DNA of 63,046 nt, filler included. It is 5 parts of 5 records of this genome, joined end to end, with 100 filler letters (N's around TTAATTAATTAA, not from the genome) between each part and the next. Parts side by side here need not be neighbours in the genome. Positions count along the whole stretch, not along the records: positions 9,677 to 33,071 come from SRR20825010_5080; positions 33,172 to 48,530 come from SRR20825010_5084; 3 more parts are not named here. One strand, written 5' to 3'. Under the pieces are notes generated by a model that did not search any database, had not been told where the DNA came from, and saw nothing but the letters and a program-made list of their open reading frames with translations. Shown here one piece after another: positions 27,549-37,362 of the stretch. The position numbers and the translations under genes were made by a program. Within the stretch, counting starts at the first letter, position 1. The number at the start of each line of letters is the position of its first letter.

Positions 27549-27908
27549 ATGATCGATCATCTGGAAATCAAAACAAGCGACCTCACAGCCACAGTGGCGT
27601 TTTATAAAACCACGCTTGCGCCGCTGGGCTACAGCCAAACGGTGGACGGCCCGGCAAAGGGATTTGGGGACGGCATATCGCTTGATTTTTTTGTGCTTGA
27701 AGGCACACCGTCCACAGACGTGCACTATGCCTTTCGCGCGCCCGACCGCGCCACAGTAGACCTGATCTATGAAGGCGCTTCAAAAACCGGGTTGACGCTT
27801 GACCGCGCGCCTGCGCTCGCGGCTCATATTCACCCGAATTATTACGCGGGCTATCTTCGTGACCCGGATGGCCGGTTGGTTGAATTTGTGTGCCACGAAG
27901 CAGAGTAG
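27549..27908 (+). CDS. VOC/glyoxalase family protein
   Basis: MIDHLEI, HYAF, YYAGYLRDPDGRLVEFV. Confidence 0.9.
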   Translation: MIDHLEIKTSDLTATVAFYKTTLAPLGYSQTVDGPAKGFGDGISLDFFVLEGTPSTDVHYAFRAPDRATVDLIYEGASKTGLTLDRAPALAAHIHPNYYAGYLRDPDGRLVEFVCHEAE

Positions 27909-27920
27909 GGGCTGCGGCCT

Positions 27921-29063
27921 CTAGCTAAAGGGTAACGGCTGCGTTTTATATAGCTTTACCGGAATGCCACCGTGTGAAAACGCGGTGGTATTTTTGCCAA
28001 ACCGCAGGCCGGTTGCTTTCGCAAGCTCACGCGAGTTGGTCACAAGCCCCACGCGCCAACCGCCAAAGCGGGCCGCAAGCGTTGCCCCTAATGAGCTGTA
28101 TAGCGAGGTAAGTTTTTTCACATCGCCAATACGCGCACCATAGGGTGGGTTGATGATCACGAGGCCTGCCTCGCCTTCAGGGCAGGCAAGCTCGCTGATG
28201 CTCTGGCGGGAGAAGGCTGTCATGCCCATAACACCCGCGCGCTCCGCATTCGCGGTGCTCATCTTGATGGCGCCTGAATCCCGGTCAAAACCAAAGAAGC
28301 GCACATCACTTGTGGCATCATCCAAGATGCTGTTGGCTTTCATGGTTTGCCACGCCTTGGCATCAAAGGTTTTCAGTTGTTCAAAAGCAAAATCTCGGCT
28401 GCGGCCGGGCGTGAGGCCCAGCGCCATTTCCGCCGCTTCAATCACAAAGGTGCCAGAGCCACACATGGGGTCTACCACTGGCTCACCACCTGTGAAACCG
28501 CATTCCATCAACAGAAGCGCGGCCAGATTTTCGCGCATCGGCGCTTTGTTCACCGCTTCCTTGTGGCCGCGTTTGTGCAACAACTCGCCAGACGTATCCA
28601 CGCTGATGGTGCACATATCGTCAAATATGCGCGCCTTGATACATACGTTGGCTTCAGTTGAGATTTCCACCCCCAGTGACGCACGGATCGCTTTTTCAAT
28701 GCGTTCTGCGGCAGCCTTGTCATGATAGATGCGGGATTTTTTGCACGTTACATCCACCCGCACCGGCACATCTGCGCTGAGCGTCTCGCCCCACGGGAAA
28801 GCGCGCGCGCGTTTATCAAGCTTGGCCAAATGCTGCACCCGAAAGCTGCCGAGCCGCACCAGCACTTTGCTGGTGCCCCTCAGTTCAAGGTTTGCGCGCC
28901 ATACCTCAGGCCACCCGCCGGTGACGGTTACACCGCCCGGCGTGGATTTGGCGTTTTTGAAGCCTTTGCTGTGCGCCTCGCGCTGCAGGGCAGTTTCAAG
29001 CCCCGGCACGGTGGCGAGGAATATCTCAAGCGGCTCACTCTTTGTGGGTGTGTCTGTTGTCAT
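27921..29063 (-). CDS. THUMP-domain SAM-dependent RNA methyltransferase (RlmL-like)
   Basis: APMRENLAA, DPMCGSGT, NPPYG. Confidence 0.9.
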   Translation of the reverse strand: MTTDTPTKSEPLEIFLATVPGLETALQREAHSKGFKNAKSTPGGVTVTGGWPEVWRANLELRGTSKVLVRLGSFRVQHLAKLDKRARAFPWGETLSADVPVRVDVTCKKSRIYHDKAAAERIEKAIRASLGVEISTEANVCIKARIFDDMCTISVDTSGELLHKRGHKEAVNKAPMRENLAALLLMECGFTGGEPVVDPMCGSGTFVIEAAEMALGLTPGRSRDFAFEQLKTFDAKAWQTMKANSILDDATSDVRFFGFDRDSGAIKMSTANAERAGVMGMTAFSRQSISELACPEGEAGLVIINPPYGARIGDVKKLTSLYSSLGATLAARFGGWRVGLVTNSRELAKATGLRFGKNTTAFSHGGIPVKLYKTQPLPFS

Positions 29064-29121
29064 GGCGCATAGGTACTCGCTTTCCGCAGCCCCGTCGATA
29101 GTTTGATGCGGGGGCCCTCAT

Positions 29122-29961
29122 CTATTCTGTATCAAGCAGTTTCAGATATATATTCCTGAATTCAACCGGGTGGCTCTCCGCCTGAAACGCGATGTAACCT
29201 TGGCTTAGGTCCGCTAAAGCGGGCTTGAGGTTCCGGGTATCCGGCTCAAGCAGGTCATATTGCGGGTGGCTGTATTCCATTACCAGCTCCCCGTTGATAA
29301 GGTGCTGGATAAGCGCGCCACCCCTCACCACCACTTCTGCATGCACCCAATCATCGCCTGTGTGGGTGCCCGCGCGGGAGGTGATGCAATGGTCTTTCAC
29401 CAGCTTCCCATCAATGTGGATATGGGTGCCGGGCGTGCACACATTGCCCGTTGGCCGTGCGTCACTGCCTTGCTGCCCCAACAGCTGCACCTCGATCGAG
29501 ACAGGAAAGTCCTGATCGGTCGTCATGCTTTCGGGCGCTTGTGCGTGCACCATGACACCGCTGTTGCGAAACGCCCACCCTGGCGCGCCCGCTGTCTGGT
29601 GTCCCGTAAACCGGTATTCGAAACGCAGGCGATAGTTTGAATAGGGCGTTTGCCAGAAAAGGTGGCCAAAGCGTCCTTCAAAGGCCTGATAGTCATCATA
29701 GTTTGCGCGGATAACACCGTCTTCAACTCGGAAGGTATTTTTATAGTTCTCGCCAAGCGGACGCCCCGCAAACTTCATTTGCCAGCCAGACAGGTCTTTC
29801 CCGTTAAAGAGCGCCTGCCAGCCAGCGTCGTCTGCGTGAGCAGCGGTATTTTGTGCGGCCAGAAGCGAGCCCAGAACCGAGCCCAGAACCAGCGCCAACC
29901 CGAGCGGCGCATGTGCCCAGACAGTGCGTGAAAATGCGAGCAATTTTCCGGTGTTAGCCAT
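29122..29961 (-). CDS. DUF1080 (3-keto-glycoside hydrolase/hydratase-like) secreted protein
   Basis: WQALFNGKDLSGW, RNSG, IEVQLLG, GYIAFQAESHPVEFRNI. Confidence 0.88.
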   Translation of the reverse strand: MANTGKLLAFSRTVWAHAPLGLALVLGSVLGSLLAAQNTAAHADDAGWQALFNGKDLSGWQMKFAGRPLGENYKNTFRVEDGVIRANYDDYQAFEGRFGHLFWQTPYSNYRLRFEYRFTGHQTAGAPGWAFRNSGVMVHAQAPESMTTDQDFPVSIEVQLLGQQGSDARPTGNVCTPGTHIHIDGKLVKDHCITSRAGTHTGDDWVHAEVVVRGGALIQHLINGELVMEYSHPQYDLLEPDTRNLKPALADLSQGYIAFQAESHPVEFRNIYLKLLDTE

Positions 29962-30156
29962 GGTATTTCCTCCCCACATCTATGATGCAATACCACAAGT
30001 ATCAGGCCTTGCCATCATACCTGTCCTCATTCGCGGCTGATGGCTTGGTGCACGGCAGGTCGCGCTGGTTTCAACAGTGCGTGATCGCTCTGGTGGCATG
30101 GTGCAGCCGGTGGTATGAAAATTTCAGGCTAGGCAGATCACTTATTGGAGCTTTTG

Positions 30157-30570
30157 ATGACCGTTACGCTTAATCACACCATCATTCATGCCAGCGATAA
30201 AACAGCATCCGCCAAATTTTATACAAGCCTGCTAGGTCTTGCCTCCCATAAAAACCTTGGCCCTTTTGCCGTGGTGCAAGTGGGGGATACATCGCTCGAC
30301 TTCATTGAAACCGATGAGGAAATTACCTCCCGGCATTTTGCCTTTCAGGTCAGTGAGGCGGAGTTTGACGATATTTTCGGCCGCATTCAGGCGCTCGAGT
30401 TGCCCATATGGGCTGACCCGTTCAAAAAACACCCGGGGGAGATCAATCACTGGGATGATGGCCGCGGTGTTTATTTCCCTGACCCGGACGGTCATTTGCT
30501 TGAGATTCTCACCCGCCCTTACGGCAGTGGTGGCCTTGAGGCTGAGCACGTAAACCCCCTACTGCGGTGA
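30157..30570 (+). CDS. VOC/glyoxalase family protein
   Basis: LNHTII, HFAFQVSE, GRGVYFPDPDGHLLEILT. Confidence 0.9.
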   Translation: MTVTLNHTIIHASDKTASAKFYTSLLGLASHKNLGPFAVVQVGDTSLDFIETDEEITSRHFAFQVSEAEFDDIFGRIQALELPIWADPFKKHPGEINHWDDGRGVYFPDPDGHLLEILTRPYGSGGLEAEHVNPLLR

Positions 30571-30590
30571 TGGGGTAAAAGGGCGTACAC

Positions 30591-31079
30591 ATGAAAACTT
30601 TACCCCTCCGACAGCCGGAAACGGCAGATATAGACGCGCTGGCCCAGATTTGGTTCAGCGGATGGCAGGATGCACACTTGGGTATCCTGCCGCCTGAGCT
30701 GGCGCGGCACAGAACGCTTGAAAGTTTTCGCACGCGCCTTGCCCCTATGCTTTCAGAAACACGGGTTTCTGGGCCCATTGGTGCGCCGCTCGGTTTTGCC
30801 ACGATCAGCGGGGATGAATTACACCAGCTGTATGTTTCCCGCGATGCGCGGGGCACAGGTCTTGCCGCCAAACTGACGCAGGACGCGGAAGCGCGTATCG
30901 CAGCCCAAGGCCATAAAACGGCCTGGCTCGCCTGCGGGATCGGGAACGAGCAGGCATCTCGGTTTTATGAGAAAGCTGGCTGGGTGCGCGTGGGTGTCGA
31001 GACCATTGAGCTCAATGTGCCAGAGGTATCCGGTGGTATCTTTCCGCTTGATATCTGGCGCTTTGAAAAACAGCTTTAG
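30591..31079 (+). CDS. GNAT acetyltransferase
   Basis: LYVSRDARGTGLA motif A, NEQASRFYEKAGW. Confidence 0.9.
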   Translation: MKTLPLRQPETADIDALAQIWFSGWQDAHLGILPPELARHRTLESFRTRLAPMLSETRVSGPIGAPLGFATISGDELHQLYVSRDARGTGLAAKLTQDAEARIAAQGHKTAWLACGIGNEQASRFYEKAGWVRVGVETIELNVPEVSGGIFPLDIWRFEKQL

Positions 31080-31242
31080 GGTCTGGTGATCTGCCCTGCG
31101 GCTCTCTTGTGGTTCCACATGTCCAAAGCTCACAGTAACTTTCCAAGCATACTTCGGTCTTTATCGAACCATTGATAAGGCGGCCGGTGATACCTGTGGT
31201 GCACCGTCAACCCTGTCCATCGTTCAACACGCCGGAGGCCAC

Positions 31243-32262
31243 ATGCTTAAAAGAATGAGCACCGTTTTATTTTCAGTCATGACAGTATTTTGGGGAGGAT
31301 CAGCTGCCGTGGCAGAGACAGAACTTCAATCATTCAACCTGCGGGGTGCACCAGCCACAGCTGGCCAGCCTGGCCAACCCGGGCTTGCGCTCATGGTGCA
31401 AAGCGCGGGCGAGGTGCGGGGCACACCGGTGCTTTATATCCACGGGGCGACATTTCCGGCTGAGAATTCGATTTTTTTCCGCTTTGACGGCCGCTCATGG
31501 GCGGACGCGCTGAATGGTGCAGGCTTCTCAGTCTGGGCGCTTGATTTTGCAGGCTATGGCCGCTCGGAACGCTATAGCGAGATGATGCATGACACGCCGC
31601 CCGAAGGGGCGCCGCTTGGCCGTGCGCCGGAGGCTGCGCACCAGATTGAGCGCGCGGTGCGGGCGATCATGGACAACACAGGGGCCGCCAAGGTGTCGAT
31701 CATTGCGCATTCATGGGGCACGATAGCGGCAGGAAAGTTTGCAGGCGACTACCCTGAGCTGGTGGACCGGCTTGTGCTTTTTGGCCCTGTCGCGCAGCGC
31801 AAGACCTTGGACGGTGTTCCGCCGCTTGGGCCCTGGCGCTTCATTACAGTGGAGGAGCAGAAGACACGTTTTATGGAAGACGTGCCAGAGGGTGAAGCGC
31901 AGGTACTGATAGAGGATGATTTCCCGGTATGGGCGGCGCTCTACCTGAAGGCAGATAAAACGAGCGCTTTGCGCACGCCCGCATCCGTCAAAACGCCAAA
32001 TGGCCCGGTTGCAGACCTGATGAGCGCATGGTCGGGTAATATGCCTTATGACCCCGCTCGCATAACCGCGACCACACTGATTGTGCGCGGCGCGTGGGAT
32101 AGCGTGTGCAACGACGGTGACGTGGCATGGCTCAAGCGTGCGCTTCAAAACTCACCCGAGGTCAGGGACGTTAAAATCCCTAAAGCAACCCACCTGATGC
32201 ATCTGGAGACCGGCCGCGACGCGCTTTATAAAGCAGCGACGCGTTTCCTGCTGAAGACCTGA
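31243..32262 (+). CDS. Secreted alpha/beta hydrolase
   Basis: Signal peptide, HGAT, DFAGYGRS, AHSWG nucleophile elbow, WD, TH. Confidence 0.88.
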   Translation: MLKRMSTVLFSVMTVFWGGSAAVAETELQSFNLRGAPATAGQPGQPGLALMVQSAGEVRGTPVLYIHGATFPAENSIFFRFDGRSWADALNGAGFSVWALDFAGYGRSERYSEMMHDTPPEGAPLGRAPEAAHQIERAVRAIMDNTGAAKVSIIAHSWGTIAAGKFAGDYPELVDRLVLFGPVAQRKTLDGVPPLGPWRFITVEEQKTRFMEDVPEGEAQVLIEDDFPVWAALYLKADKTSALRTPASVKTPNGPVADLMSAWSGNMPYDPARITATTLIVRGAWDSVCNDGDVAWLKRALQNSPEVRDVKIPKATHLMHLETGRDALYKAATRFLLKT

Positions 32263-32328
32263 AGCGCCAGGCGGTTAGGGAGTTGGCGGCATGCTCGAGA
32301 AGGACCGCCATTTCTCACCTTGCCCCGC

Positions 32329-32796
32329 TTAGAATATTGAGTTGCCGTGAACGGAGCTTTCCGGTACCGGTTGCCCGACGCCCCAGTGCTCGACAAATTT
32401 CCCGCCTTCCATCCTGAAAATATGGATAACCGCATTGCCGCGAACGTCGGGCGTGCGCTGAAAATGCAGGTGAATCCAAACCAGATCACCGTCCGCAGAT
32501 GCGCGCTTGATGTCCATTTTGGCGTTGGGGAATTTTTCAAACCGTTTTGCAAAATAGCCCAGAACGCCTTCCTTGCCGTCCGGCACGTGGGGGGAATGCT
32601 GGATATAGGTATTGCCAAAACATTCGCGCCCTGCGGTCTCGAGGTCAAATTCAACCTCCAACACTTCCATGCAATAAACAGCTTTTTCCAGATTGGCTTG
32701 TTCACGGGCTTCCTGGGTTTGTTCGTCTGACTGGCTGGCAGTTGTGAATACCGCGGCAAGGGCTGAGGCCGCGAGGGGTAAAAAGCGTCGTTTCAT
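32329..32796 (-). CDS. SnoaL/NTF2-like secreted protein
   Basis: YIQHSPHVPDG, ADGDLVWIH, IFRMEGGKFVEHW. Confidence 0.85.
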   Translation of the reverse strand: MKRRFLPLAASALAAVFTTASQSDEQTQEAREQANLEKAVYCMEVLEVEFDLETAGRECFGNTYIQHSPHVPDGKEGVLGYFAKRFEKFPNAKMDIKRASADGDLVWIHLHFQRTPDVRGNAVIHIFRMEGGKFVEHWGVGQPVPESSVHGNSIF

Positions 32797-33025
32797 GGGT
32801 CTAGGGCTCCTGACGTGTTGAACTGTTGAGAAGCCAGCACTCTGGCTCCCGGAAAACGCCTGACCCTGTATAGCAGTGACTAAGGAGCCACCTTCCCCGG
32901 TGGCTAAAAGGGCACATAGCTTCCGGAGAGCACAATGGAACCTTAGTTTATTAACCGGTGATCCCTGCTCTCGTAATTTGGTGCATGAGCTTCACTCAGG
33001 CGGGACAAGGGGAGGCCAAAAACAC

Positions 33026-33052
33026 AAAACCCGCCAGTTAAGGCGGGTTTTT
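33026..33052 (-). terminator. Rho-independent terminator downstream of the tRNA
   Basis: AAAACCCGCC-AGTTAA-GGCGGGTTTTT. Confidence 0.8.
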
Positions 33053-33055
33053 GAT

Positions 33056-33071
33056 TGGTGCCCAGAAGAGG
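33056..33071 (-). tRNA. 3' end of a tRNA (probably Leu), truncated by contig end
   Basis: Minus strand ...CCTCTTCTGGGCACCA followed by a terminator; only 16 nt visible. Confidence 0.55.
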
Positions 33072-33171
33072 NNNNNNNNNNNNNNNNNNNNNNNNNNNNN
33101 NNNNNNNNNNNNNNNTTAATTAATTAANNNNNNNNNNNNNNNNNNNNNNNNNNNNNNNNNNNNNNNNNNNN
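33072..33171. other. Artificial contig linker
   Basis: N44-TTAATTAATTAA-N44. Confidence 0.98.
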
Positions 33172-33359
33172 TGATACATTCCAATTCACTTTATAATCAC
33201 TGGAAACAACCTTGCTGAATGTTTCCGGAGAAAATTGTGAGATGATACTGTTAATTTCATGAGGCTCGTTTTTCTCGAAGATATCTTCTTCCGAGCAACC
33301 TAGTAACCCTAGGCCAATGGCTGAAAGCGATAGAGCAATTAAAAAAAATGCTTTTTCAT
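33172..33359 (-). pseudogene. Lipoprotein 5' fragment with a frameshift in the signal-peptide homopolymer
   Basis: ATG AAA AAG CAT TTT TTT TAA stops at once; one extra base gives MKK(A/H)FFLIALSLSAIGLGLLG-CSEEDIFEK... with a lipobox, open to the contig end. Confidence 0.6.
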
Positions 33360-33553
33360 GTGATTTTCAGTTGTTTTAAGTAAAAAATGAGACTTATATA
33401 CCTTAGTATATAATAATAAATTACTATAATCCTTACTTATTAATGATTTAAACACTGAAATGTCACCCTTGAAAATGGATTATTTTTGAAAATAAATTAT
33501 CGTAATACGATTAATATCTTACTGACCAGTAAGTTAACTCATGAGTGATATTT

Positions 33554-34159
33554 CTAAAAAATTGCCTCTATAAAATAAGCAAAGGTAGAAGGGCGAAGGA
33601 GTAATGTGAAGATGACACCATAGATGGCGCCAAAAAGATGTGCATCGTGGTTAATGTTGTCAGAATTACGCTTACTCATAATAATGGAGTAAACAATAAA
33701 GAGTCCGCCTAGAATATAGCCAGGCAAACAGATAATGGCATAGAGGCATAGGTCTCTAATAGGATCGAAAAGAATAAAGGCCATTACTAAAGCTGAAACC
33801 CCGCCCGAAGCGCCAAGGGAATTATAGCCAGGGTTATTTTTATGTTTTATGGTTGTGGGTATATTCGCGACAATCACAGCTGTTACAAAAAGTAGGATAT
33901 AAAGAACAAGGCCAAACTCACCAAAATAGCTGTAGAAGATTTGCTCTATGGCCAGACCGAAAAAGTAAAGCGTAAACAGGTTTAAAAGTAAATGGATGCC
34001 ATTGTTATGCACAAAACCTGAGGTAATGAGCTGGTAATACTTCTTCTGGTGAACAGCATTATACGGATTTAGCATCAGCTTCTTGTGCCATTCAGGGCGT
34101 TCCCAAGCAAAGTAAGTGATCAAACCAATTACAGCCATTAATATGTAGGTAACCTGCAT
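33554..34159 (-). CDS. Rhomboid intramembrane serine protease
   Basis: H..HLLLN, GASGG, HDAHLFGA. Confidence 0.92.
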   Translation of the reverse strand: MQVTYILMAVIGLITYFAWERPEWHKKLMLNPYNAVHQKKYYQLITSGFVHNNGIHLLLNLFTLYFFGLAIEQIFYSYFGEFGLVLYILLFVTAVIVANIPTTIKHKNNPGYNSLGASGGVSALVMAFILFDPIRDLCLYAIICLPGYILGGLFIVYSIIMSKRNSDNINHDAHLFGAIYGVIFTLLLRPSTFAYFIEAIF

Positions 34160-35134
34160 CTAGTGTTCTCTATCAATTAAGTATTCTGCAAACCTCTTTA
34201 ACGAGGTTCGTTTCTCTTCTTCAATACCAAGTTGTTCCAAATCTGAAAAACCATGGTCGAAGTATTCGTTCATCTTGGCTTTGGTCAATGCTTCGATGCC
34301 AATGGCATCATAAATGGCACGCACTGCCTTCACTTTGGCTACAGCGTCAAATTCATTCAGCCCCAACCAATAATCGAGTTGCTTTTTTTGCTCTTCATTG
34401 GCCAGCTCTAGGGCTTTGAGCAAAAGGAAAGTCTTTTTATTAGAAATAATATCTCCTCCTACCTGCTTCCCAAACTTGGCCTGGTCTCCATATACATCCA
34501 GCAAGTCATCCTTTAACTGGAAACCAATCCCAATACTCACCCCGAAGTCATAAAGCAACTCAGCGTCCTCGTTTGAGCTTTGGGCAAGCATGGCACCTAA
34601 CTTCAAGCTAAAACCTAAAAGCACAGCCGTTTTGAGCCTAATCATATTGATATAAGCCGACTCATCTACAGTTGCTAGTGCTTCGAAGTTCATGTCCAGT
34701 TGCTGACCTTCGCAAACCCCCGCAGCACAGGCGTTAAAATCCAGTACAATTTGTCTAAGATTGGCTGGGGCATCCAAAAGCATGTCGTAGGCTTTAACCA
34801 TCATCACATCGCCCGAAAGAATGGCGGTATTCGCATCCCACTTTTCGTGCACAGTGGCCTTGCCCCTTCGCAAAGGGGCATTGTCCATAATATCGTCATG
34901 CACTAAGGTGAAATTATGAAACACCTCCACCGCTAAAGCTTGGTCTACAACCGTCTCAGGGTCTTCTTTAAAAAGCTTATACCCCAAAAGCACAAGCAGA
35001 GGACGCATTCGCTTCCCCCCCAAAGACATAATGTATCTTATAGGATCATAAAGCTCCTTTGGCTCGTTGCCATAATCTCGTTCTTCTAACCTTTTATTTA
35101 TGAGCTGAACCAGCTCTAGGTGATTTTCGGTCAT
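34160..35134 (-). CDS. Polyprenyl (geranylgeranyl-type) diphosphate synthase
   Basis: GGKRMRP, HDDIMD, FQLKDDLLD. Confidence 0.93.
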   Translation of the reverse strand: MTENHLELVQLINKRLEERDYGNEPKELYDPIRYIMSLGGKRMRPLLVLLGYKLFKEDPETVVDQALAVEVFHNFTLVHDDIMDNAPLRRGKATVHEKWDANTAILSGDVMMVKAYDMLLDAPANLRQIVLDFNACAAGVCEGQQLDMNFEALATVDESAYINMIRLKTAVLLGFSLKLGAMLAQSSNEDAELLYDFGVSIGIGFQLKDDLLDVYGDQAKFGKQVGGDIISNKKTFLLLKALELANEEQKKQLDYWLGLNEFDAVAKVKAVRAIYDAIGIEALTKAKMNEYFDHGFSDLEQLGIEEEKRTSLKRFAEYLIDREH

Positions 35135-37292
35135 CCTCTGCAAATGTTAAATCGATGGTTCTTCTGTCAATGTCGGTGGCTTTCACCCTCACATCTACAT
35201 TATCGCCAAGGGTAATAATTCTCTTGTTTCGTTTACCAATCACACGATAGTTTTGTTCATCAAACTCATAAAAATCATCTGTGAGATCAGACATTCTTAC
35301 CATACCCTCACATTTGGTTTCGGTGATTTCCACAAAAATACCCCATTCCGTAACACCACTCACAATCCCTGCAAAAACTTTGTCCTCAGCCATGGCCATG
35401 AACTCAACTTGCTTAAATTTAATAGAAGCACGTTCCGCATCGGCAGCACGTTTTTCTCGTTCCGAAGTATGAATACAGGTTTCTTCAGTTTCCTCTTTAT
35501 CAATAGACTTTCCTCCATCCAAATAATGCTGAAGCATACGATGTACCATCATATCAGGGTAACGCCTAATGGGCGAAGTAAAATGCGTATAATGATCGAA
35601 GGCCAAACCAAAGTGACCATTTTCAGCAGTGGTATATTTTGCTTTCGCCATGGTGCGAATGGCCAATTGCTGCAAAACGTTTTGCTCAGGTTTCCCTTCA
35701 ATTTCACTAATTAATGCATTGAGTGATTTAGAAATGCCTTTACGTTCAACATCCATTTTATGGCCGAATCGTACTGCAAAGTTTGAAAAGGTATTCAGCT
35801 TCTCTGGATCAGGATCATCATGTGTCCTGTAAACAAAGGTTTTGGGTTTGTCTCTTGTACCTTTTTTGAACACAAATTCAGCCACGCGTTTATTGGCCAT
35901 CAGCATAAACTCTTCAATCAGCTTATGCGCATCTTTTCTTTCTTTTGGAGTAATTCCAAGCGGCTTACCATTTTCATCCAGAACGAACTTAACCTCCACG
36001 GTCTCAAAATTCACCGCGCCATTTTTAAAGCGTTTGTCTTTTAAATGAAGTGCAAGCTTGTTAAGGTGAAGAATGTCTTCAGCAAAGTCACCTTCGCCAG
36101 ACTCGATCCTTTCTTGGGCTTCTTCATAAGTAAACCTTCGGTCGGAATGAATAACAGTTCTGCCAAACCATTCATTTTTGATCTCGGCATTTTCATCCAA
36201 TTCAAATACGGCCGAAAATGTAAGCTTGTCCTCATTAGGTCGAAGGGAACAAAGTCCATTCGAAAGCCTTTCTGGCAACATCGGAATCGTGCGATCCACC
36301 AAGTAAACTGAAGTAGCACGATTCACTGCCTCTTTCTCCAATTCAGAATTAGGGATGACATAATGCGTTACGTCCGCAATGTGAATTCCTACTTCCGTAT
36401 TTCCATTCGGTAGTTTTTGCACCGACAAAGCATCATCAAAATCCTTTGCATCGAAAGGGTCAATCGTGACGGTAGTCACGTCTCTGAAATCTCTACGTTT
36501 GCTTATTTCGGCTTTAGAAATTTTATCAGAAATGGTTTCAGCTGCCGCCTCTATTCCATCTGGAAACTCTAAAGGCAAACCAAATTCAGCAATAATGGAG
36601 TGAATTTCAGCATTGTGTTCACCTGCTTTGCCAAGCACTCTGATGACTTTTCCTTCTGGCTTTTTATTTCTTTCGGGCCATTGCGTAATTTTCACAATGA
36701 CTTTATCATTGTGCTTTGCACCGTTTAAGTCTTTTAAATTGATGAAAATGTCGTAAAACATTTTCCTGAAATCAGAAATCACGAAAGCGTATCGGCTCGA
36801 CATTTCCAGTCGGCCCACAAACTCATCGCGATTTCTTTCCAGTACCTCAACAATTTTACCTTCAGCATGCTTACCATGCTTTTTGTTCTTCAATACCACT
36901 TTAACTTTATCGTCATCCATGGCACCATTGGTATCGTCTATCGACACCCAAATATCAGCGGTATCCGTGTCACCACCATCAGGGGTCACGTAGGCAAATC
37001 TTGCATTCACAAAATCAACAGTTCCTGTAATGGTTTCTCTTTCGCCCTTATCGAGCGCAAAAGAGCCATTACGTAACTTTTTAACCGCGCCTAGATCTTC
37101 CAAACGGAAAATGGCATCGGTCACTACTTTCTTCGAGTTTTTATCTCTGACCCCAAGGGCCGTTAATATCTGCTTGATCTGATATCCTCTACCCGGATGT
37201 TCACCGAGGAAATCGAGGATGAGAGGCTGTACTTGTTTAGCTCCACGATCGGAGCCATTTGTATTTGTTTGTTTGTTTTTTCTATTACCCAT
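35094..37292 (-). CDS. rnr: Ribonuclease R
   Basis: TIDPFDAKDFDDA, HFTSPIRRYPD, C-terminal S1 domain. Confidence 0.96.
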   Translation of the reverse strand: MGNRKNKQTNTNGSDRGAKQVQPLILDFLGEHPGRGYQIKQILTALGVRDKNSKKVVTDAIFRLEDLGAVKKLRNGSFALDKGERETITGTVDFVNARFAYVTPDGGDTDTADIWVSIDDTNGAMDDDKVKVVLKNKKHGKHAEGKIVEVLERNRDEFVGRLEMSSRYAFVISDFRKMFYDIFINLKDLNGAKHNDKVIVKITQWPERNKKPEGKVIRVLGKAGEHNAEIHSIIAEFGLPLEFPDGIEAAAETISDKISKAEISKRRDFRDVTTVTIDPFDAKDFDDALSVQKLPNGNTEVGIHIADVTHYVIPNSELEKEAVNRATSVYLVDRTIPMLPERLSNGLCSLRPNEDKLTFSAVFELDENAEIKNEWFGRTVIHSDRRFTYEEAQERIESGEGDFAEDILHLNKLALHLKDKRFKNGAVNFETVEVKFVLDENGKPLGITPKERKDAHKLIEEFMLMANKRVAEFVFKKGTRDKPKTFVYRTHDDPDPEKLNTFSNFAVRFGHKMDVERKGISKSLNALISEIEGKPEQNVLQQLAIRTMAKAKYTTAENGHFGLAFDHYTHFTSPIRRYPDMMVHRMLQHYLDGGKSIDKEETEETCIHTSEREKRAADAERASIKFKQVEFMAMAEDKVFAGIVSGVTEWGIFVEITETKCEGMVRMSDLTDDFYEFDEQNYRVIGKRNKRIITLGDNVDVRVKATDIDRRTIDLTFAEDDRKSPRAGSAHK

Positions 37293-37362
37293 AAAGGGGT
37301 TATTTAATGTTGTTTAAAAATATGCTAGAAATTAAGCAAAGGTGGGGAGAACACGAATCTTT

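Noticed and set aside
32880-32946. Possible riboswitch (CTAAGG..AGCCACC/GGTGGCT..CCTTAG) upstream of the SnoaL gene
   Set aside because: Only a partial resemblance to the cobalamin GCCAC..GGGAAG motif, the other conserved elements are missing, and it lies upstream of the likely -10 box
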